Source: Epiperipatus broadwayi (lineage: Eukaryota > Animalia > Onychophora). Taken from it: a stretch of DNA of 64,000 bases. The notes beneath the pieces were generated by a model. The model saw nothing but the letters and a program-made list of their open reading frames with translations. It was not told the DNA's origin and searched no databases. The stretch is from positions 4,588,001 through 4,652,000 of the forward strand of contig JAQFVV010000011.1 in NCBI GenBank assembly GCA_028023455.1, read 5' to 3'. Positions 62,084-64,000 of the stretch are shown piece after piece (within the stretch, counting starts at the first letter, position 1; every line of letters starts with the position of its first letter). The position numbers and the translations under genes were made by a program.

Positions 62084-64000
62084 CAGGCAGTCCCCTAGTA
62101 ATGAACACTCGAGTTATAAACATTTCACTATTATGTAATCGCTTTTGGACTTTATATCTTTATCTATGCACATACTTTCATGTATAAATAGTGTTATATA
62201 CTGTAGAAAGAAATGGGTATTCAGAATTGTACAGTATTTTAGTACTTTAATAATTAAAAAATTCCTTTTAGTAATTAACACTACAAATTTTCAATATCTA
62301 ATAAAAAAAAAACTATATACATATATTCGTAATTGAATTTTTTCTAAAGAAAGATAAACTTTGGAATTTAGGAAAATAATTAAAAATATATTTTAGAGAA
62401 CAATAAGAACTTATATAAAATACAATAATTTTTAGCATTGTCACAGACTGTCTTGAACAGGATCGCCTTGATTAGTGCTTGTTTTTAAAAGTATTTTGTG
62501 CATGATTGTACCACATATACCCTGTATATATTTCTGTTTTGGTGAATTTATTTCATTCTTATTAATTAAAAACATGAGTGAGAAACAAAAAAACAGCAGT
62601 GTTGATACAACCAAAAAGACATAAATCCCAAATGGTCGAGCCAAAATGGATACAATAAGATATTCTGAAAATGATTAATCTTTTGCTTCAATTACACTTT
62701 CATGTAATTTAAACTGATCAACAATATATACAATTGTGACAAACAAGAACAAAATTAAGGAATATGTTAAAAAATATGGAAATATTTCTTCAAAAATTGT
62801 TTCAAAAAGACATGACAGAGTAATGGATGAAAAGGAGAAATCTTTGGCTTTATGGATAAAAGATCAACATCAAAAATGCATCCCAATGAGTTTATCAATT
62901 ATTCAAGCTAAGGTTCTTAATTTGCATGAAGATTGGAAGAATGAATTAAAAGAAGACTCTGCTGTTGAATTTGTAGTAAGCAATGGCTGGTTTAACAAAT
63001 TTAAAATGAGATATTCTTTACATAATATTAAATGTACTGGGGAACGTACCAGTACAGATAAGAAAGCTGCCAGTGAATTTATTTTCACATTGACTAATAT
63101 CATTAAAGATGGAGCTTATTTTCCATGCCTAGTCTTCAATGTAGATGAGACAGGGTTATTTTGGAAAAACATGCATGTGCATACATATGAATCAGTTGCA
63201 CCTGGGCATAAACCTTCTAAAAACATTGCTTCTTGGAGGTAATTCAGCTGGTGATTTTAAATTGAAGCCAATGTTAATTTATCAGACAGAAAATCGTAAA
63301 GCATTGAAAGGAAAAGATAAAAGAATGCTTCCAGTCATTTGAAAATCAAGTACTAAAGCCTGGGCTACTGCACAGCTTTTTCAAGATTGGTTCTCATATC
63401 ATTTTGTGGCTTCTGTTAAGCAATATTGTGGTGAGAATAATTTACCATTTAAAACACTATTGCTCATAGACAATTCTCTTGGACATCCAAAATCCCTGAA
63501 AAATTTATATCATGAAGTTAACGTGTTTATCCCTCCCAATACCACGAGTGAAATCCATCTATGGGCCAAACTGTGATAGTTACTTTAAGGTGGTATAATA
63601 TAAAAATAATGACTCAAGCAATCAAGGCAATTGACAAGGAAGATGTATTTACATTAAGAGATTTTTGGAAAAGTTATAATATATGGAATGCAATAAATAT
63701 TATTGGGTATGCATGAGCTGAAATAAAAGAGTCAACAATGAAAGGTTGTTGGAAAAAAATATATCCACAAAATGATGAATGCTTCTATGGACATTGACAA
63801 AACTCCTGAAGATATCGCAACTGAAATAGGCAATATAATGAATGAATTAAATTTAGATGACACTGATGAAGATATTGATGAGTTAATGAAATCTCACTCA
63901 GAATTTCTGTTAAATGAAGACTTGATTAAACTACAAGAGATGAATAAAATACAAAATGAAGAAGAACCTGATAATGAACTTATTATTAAGAGTTTGACAA
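62084..64000 (+). mobile_element. Tigger/pogo DNA transposon, running off the window end
   Basis: TA-CAGGCAGTCCCC left end typical of Tigger, followed by a CENP-B-like transposase remnant. Confidence 0.9.
62574..64000 (+). pseudogene. Tigger (CENP-B HTH + DDE) transposase pseudogene
   Basis: EKSLALWIKDQ..IIQAK..SNGWFNKFKMRYSL (HTH), VFNVDETGLFWK, GDFKLKPMLIYQTEN, LLLIDNSLGHP; frameshifts and stops. Confidence 0.9.

Noticed and set aside
10189-63103. Most 60-120 aa ORFs in the supplied track as genes
   Set aside because: They are antisense or off-frame readings of LINE, PLE, LTR and Tigger remnants, or chance ORFs in low-complexity AT-rich DNA.

Overview
AT-rich (roughly 25-30% GC by eye) eukaryotic DNA, probably from an arthropod or other invertebrate (inference from the TE repertoire). 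I could not identify a host protein-coding gene; the window is a dense field of decayed transposable elements. Main contents: (i) two related, complete but pol-less Ty3/Gypsy-type LTR elements on the minus strand (21629-28672 and 39386-44989), with 1.5-1.9 kb LTRs, a tRNA-Lys-type PBS, a PPT, ATAT target duplications and a single coiled-coil/acidic/basic ORF remnant; a Merlin DNA transposon is nested in one LTR; (ii) a Gypsy gag-protease-RT remnant between them; (iii) a nearly full-length RTE LINE and many LINE fragments; (iv) two Penelope-like elements (PLEs); (v) hAT, mariner, piggyBac-like and Tigger remnants; (vi) many fold-back (inverted-repeat) elements. The most interesting signal is two short repeat families that combine tRNA-like RNA polymerase III promoter boxes with hammerhead-ribozyme-like cores. 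One of them sits as the 3' terminal repeat of a Penelope ORF and recurs 17 kb away as a solo, inverted-truncated copy. All family assignments come from motifs read by eye without database searches, and fragment boundaries are approximate.
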